Positions 61,566-64,000 of a stretch of 64,000 nt of DNA are shown here, one piece after another. The DNA is from Candidatus Methanomethylicia archaeon (lineage in GTDB: Archaea; Thermoproteota; Methanomethylicia; Culexarchaeales; Culexarchaeaceae). Below the pieces are notes generated by a model. That model did no database searches. It worked only from the letters and a program-made list of their open reading frames with translations, and was not told the DNA's origin. Location: NCBI GenBank assembly GCA_038727515.1, contig JAVYVS010000001.1:192001-256000 (forward strand), in the 5' to 3' direction. The translations under genes and the position numbers were made by a program. Every line of letters starts with the position of its first letter. Position 1 is the first letter of the stretch.

Positions 61566-61647
61566 ATAAACCTTCAACATACAAACGAAATAAATATAAC
61601 AACCCTCTTTTTGATTTAAACATTTAGAGTTTGATTAGGGTGATAAC

Positions 61648-61872
61648 ATGGTTGAAGAACCACCTAAACCACTGGTAAAATCAGTTTTAAACGTGAATCT
61701 ACCTCCAAAAATAAGGGTTGGAAGAGGATTTAGCATAGGAGAATTAAAGGAGGTGGGATTAACAGTTAAAGATGCTAGAAAACTTGGATTAAGAGTTGAC
61801 TTAAATAGGAGGAGTAAACATGAATTCAACATAGAAGCCCTCAAAGGATACTTAGAAAAATTAAAGAAATAA
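61648..61872 (+). CDS. rpl13e: 50S ribosomal protein L13e
   Basis: [39 protein letters not shown]. Confidence 0.92.
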   Translation: MVEEPPKPLVKSVLNVNLPPKIRVGRGFSIGELKEVGLTVKDARKLGLRVDLNRRSKHEFNIEALKGYLEKLKK

Positions 61873-61905
61873 AATTAAATATTATACGACTGAGAGATCA
61901 TAAAG

Positions 61906-61916
61906 TTTTTTTTTTT
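61906..61916 (+). terminator. oligo-T terminator after rpl13e
   Basis: T11 run about 34 nt after the stop. Confidence 0.55.
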
Positions 61917-61950
61917 GGAAGAAATTATAGTTATTCTGGGCGGCATTAAG

Positions 61951-62766
61951 ATGGCTGAAGGAGAAGGTGAAACTGAGATTTTCTATCCAAAGGAGATCAT
62001 GACTTTACAACTACATAAACCTTGTAAAATAGCTACTATACGTGTTGAAATAGACCCAGAAGCATATTATAAGGTTGGTATACTACATGATCTTTCAGAA
62101 AACTTCTATGTTCACGGAATAAATATTTTAGGTGTATATTCAACGCAGTATCCAGACCAATATGGATACATAACGTTTTTTGTAGATGTAACTCAAGTTG
62201 CGGAAAAGGTTTTAGATGAAGTTTCAAAATCTCTTAGGGGTATTGATGGAGTTGTAGATGTAATGGTTTATGTAAGCCCAGTGGAAGGCGTTGCAGTAGA
62301 CCCAAAGACTATGCCACTTGCTATGGGTTCCAGAGCTATAATACTCATGAAACATAGCTTTAAGTGTATTGTCGAGGAATTTCATAAGAGGAGGTGGTGG
62401 CTTCTATTGAATGCTCTTGGTAAAGAAATTGGAAAGGCAGGTTTTAGGGATCATGAGAGATTTGTGGGAAGAGATATTGATAAACTCTTTAAAATGGCTG
62501 AAATTAGGTTTTCAGTGAGTGGATTCGGTTTTTGGGAGACTGTGAAAGCAGATGTGGATTCAGGGGAGTTCATTATAAGGGTTCATCATTCCATTGAATG
62601 TGATATTGGACTTGAAATTGAGGGTTATACTGGTTCACACTTTGTTAGAGGTATGATTGAAGGTTGGCTTATGGAGTTAATGGGTAAAAGTGATGTTACA
62701 GGGTTTGAAGCGAAATGTCTTGCTAGAGGAGACCCCTACTGTGAATTTCATTTCAAAATTAAGTGA
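61951..62766 (+). CDS. ACT-like + V4R domain protein
   Basis: GILHDLSENFYVHGINI; GFG..HHSIEC..FVRGMIEGW..EAKCLARGDPYCEF. Start moved to 61951. Confidence 0.83.
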   Translation: MAEGEGETEIFYPKEIMTLQLHKPCKIATIRVEIDPEAYYKVGILHDLSENFYVHGINILGVYSTQYPDQYGYITFFVDVTQVAEKVLDEVSKSLRGIDGVVDVMVYVSPVEGVAVDPKTMPLAMGSRAIILMKHSFKCIVEEFHKRRWWLLLNALGKEIGKAGFRDHERFVGRDIDKLFKMAEIRFSVSGFGFWETVKADVDSGEFIIRVHHSIECDIGLEIEGYTGSHFVRGMIEGWLMELMGKSDVTGFEAKCLARGDPYCEFHFKIK

Positions 62767-62768
62767 AT

Positions 62769-64000
62769 TTAAAATTGAAAATGAAGTATATACAATTCTA
62801 CCCATAATATGGTTGAGGCTGTAATAACTTCAATTATTGATAGCATCCCTCCAATCTTCAAGTAATCTCTAAGCCTAATGTTTAAACCTCTACTTCTAAC
62901 TATTTCAAGCCACATTAAAATTGCCAGTGAACCAAATGGGAAGAAGTGTGGGCCTAAATTGTTTCCTATAATGTTAGAGAATATTAAATTGTAGTATAGT
63001 TTTTGTGATGGATTACATTGTGTATATGCTTTTTCAATGGATATTAAGCCTATCATGGTCATAGGCCAATTGTTCATGAAGCTTGCTCCTATAGTAACTA
63101 TTAAACTTGGAATCACAGTTGATAGTATTGATGGGAATTCTGAACCCCACAATAGTAGATTTGCAAATAATGTTTCAATACCAATATGTCTAAGGCCTTG
63201 AACCACTAAGAATATTCCAACCATAAATACAAGTATATCCCAATTAACCTCCAACAATATGTTTACTACACCTTTAGCTTCTTCTGGCATTACATATTTT
63301 GACTTTGGTGTTACAAATATAGTTTTACGTGTAACTGCATAATATAATAGTAGTATTATGGCTCCAGAGAAAAGGATTATTGAAACTGGAATTCTATGTA
63401 GAGATGTATATACATATCCTAAATCAATCGATACCAATACTGCTATAATAACCTTTAGATCCATTGGATCCATTGGGTAGTGAAGCATTTGATGAACATC
63501 CTCCAAAAACTTTTTTGGGATACTCTTCTTAAAAATTGAATAAACTACAAATATGCTAATTATTATTGTTGGTATTGCTATTGGACCCATAAATTTAAGG
63601 TGGTCTATAAAGGTATACTTAAAGAAATCTGCAGAAACGATGTTTACTGGATTACTTGTTATAAATGGCATTGCAGCTGTGTCAGCTATTAATCCAGTTG
63701 CAAAGATGTATGCAATCCTCCCCTCATAGGGTATTGTTGGCTGTCTAATTATTTCAATAACGATTGGTGTTAAGATTAGTATGGCTGTATCATTGGCAAA
63801 TAATATGCTTACCAAAGCTGTTAATAAGGTTATGTAAAAATATACTTTAACTCCACTTCCATGGGCTAAATTAATTATCTTCATAGCTGCCCATTTAAAG
63901 AATCCCATGGCGTTAAGAGTAGCGGAAAGTATTAGTATACCAATGAAAGCTAAAGCTGCATCCCAAACAATTTCTAAAGCTTCAAAAACATCATTTAAAC
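62769..64000 (-). CDS. arsB: ArsB/NhaD family anion permease (5' end outside window)
   Basis: ANDTAILILTP, DTAAMP..SNPVN, NNWP, GSLAILMW. The frame stays open past 63908 to the window edge (LNDVFEALEIVWDAAL..). Confidence 0.85.
   Translation of the reverse strand, partial: LNDVFEALEIVWDAALAFIGILILSATLNAMGFFKWAAMKIINLAHGSGVKVYFYITLLTALVSILFANDTAILILTPIVIEIIRQPTIPYEGRIAYIFATGLIADTAAMPFITSNPVNIVSADFFKYTFIDHLKFMGPIAIPTIIISIFVVYSIFKKSIPKKFLEDVHQMLHYPMDPMDLKVIIAVLVSIDLGYVYTSLHRIPVSIILFSGAIILLLYYAVTRKTIFVTPKSKYVMPEEAKGVVNILLEVNWDILVFMVGIFLVVQGLRHIGIETLFANLLLWGSEFPSILSTVIPSLIVTIGASFMNNWPMTMIGLISIEKAYTQCNPSQKLYYNLIFSNIIGNNLGPHFFPFGSLAILMWLEIVRSRGLNIRLRDYLKIGGMLSIIEVITASTILWVELYILHFQF

Noticed and set aside
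1-64000. CRISPR arrays, IS elements, provirus, rRNA, defence islands
   Set aside because: No regularly spaced repeats, transposase/integrase/capsid motifs, long GC-rich RNA genes or nuclease-defence genes were seen.

Overview
A gene-dense, AT-rich archaeal chromosome segment. The L13e ribosomal protein, PolB3-type polymerase, archaellum operon and GGTG/GGGG-type ribosome-binding sites point to a TACK/Thermoproteota-related archaeon; the exact lineage cannot be fixed from the sequence alone. There are about 65 CDSs and no rRNA, tRNA, CRISPR array or transposase. Content: many peptidases and amino-acid/acyl-CoA catabolic enzymes, hypF, a complete archaellum operon (arlB, ArlC/D/E-like gene, arlG-F-H-I-J), a MacB-type ABC module with a large COG1361-like surface protein interrupted by gene relics, a split purH, a P2-type ATPase, trxB, alaX, polB3, rpl13e and three ACT+V4R paralogues. 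Most worth a second look: (1) an uncharacterised four-gene DUF6754 membrane module with a pseudo-symmetric A-B-A'-B' layout; (2) an adjacent DapF-fold racemase with intact catalytic cysteines but a rewired distal pocket, predicting a lysine/ornithine-type substrate; (3) a PolB3 lacking all four proofreading carboxylates; (4) extreme, gene-orientation-independent A/C versus G/T strand domains that flip abruptly, once exactly at a structured GC-rich 80-bp element; (5) two small Zn-binding-type ORFs missed by the ORF track. All family calls come from motif recognition by eye; no database search was run.
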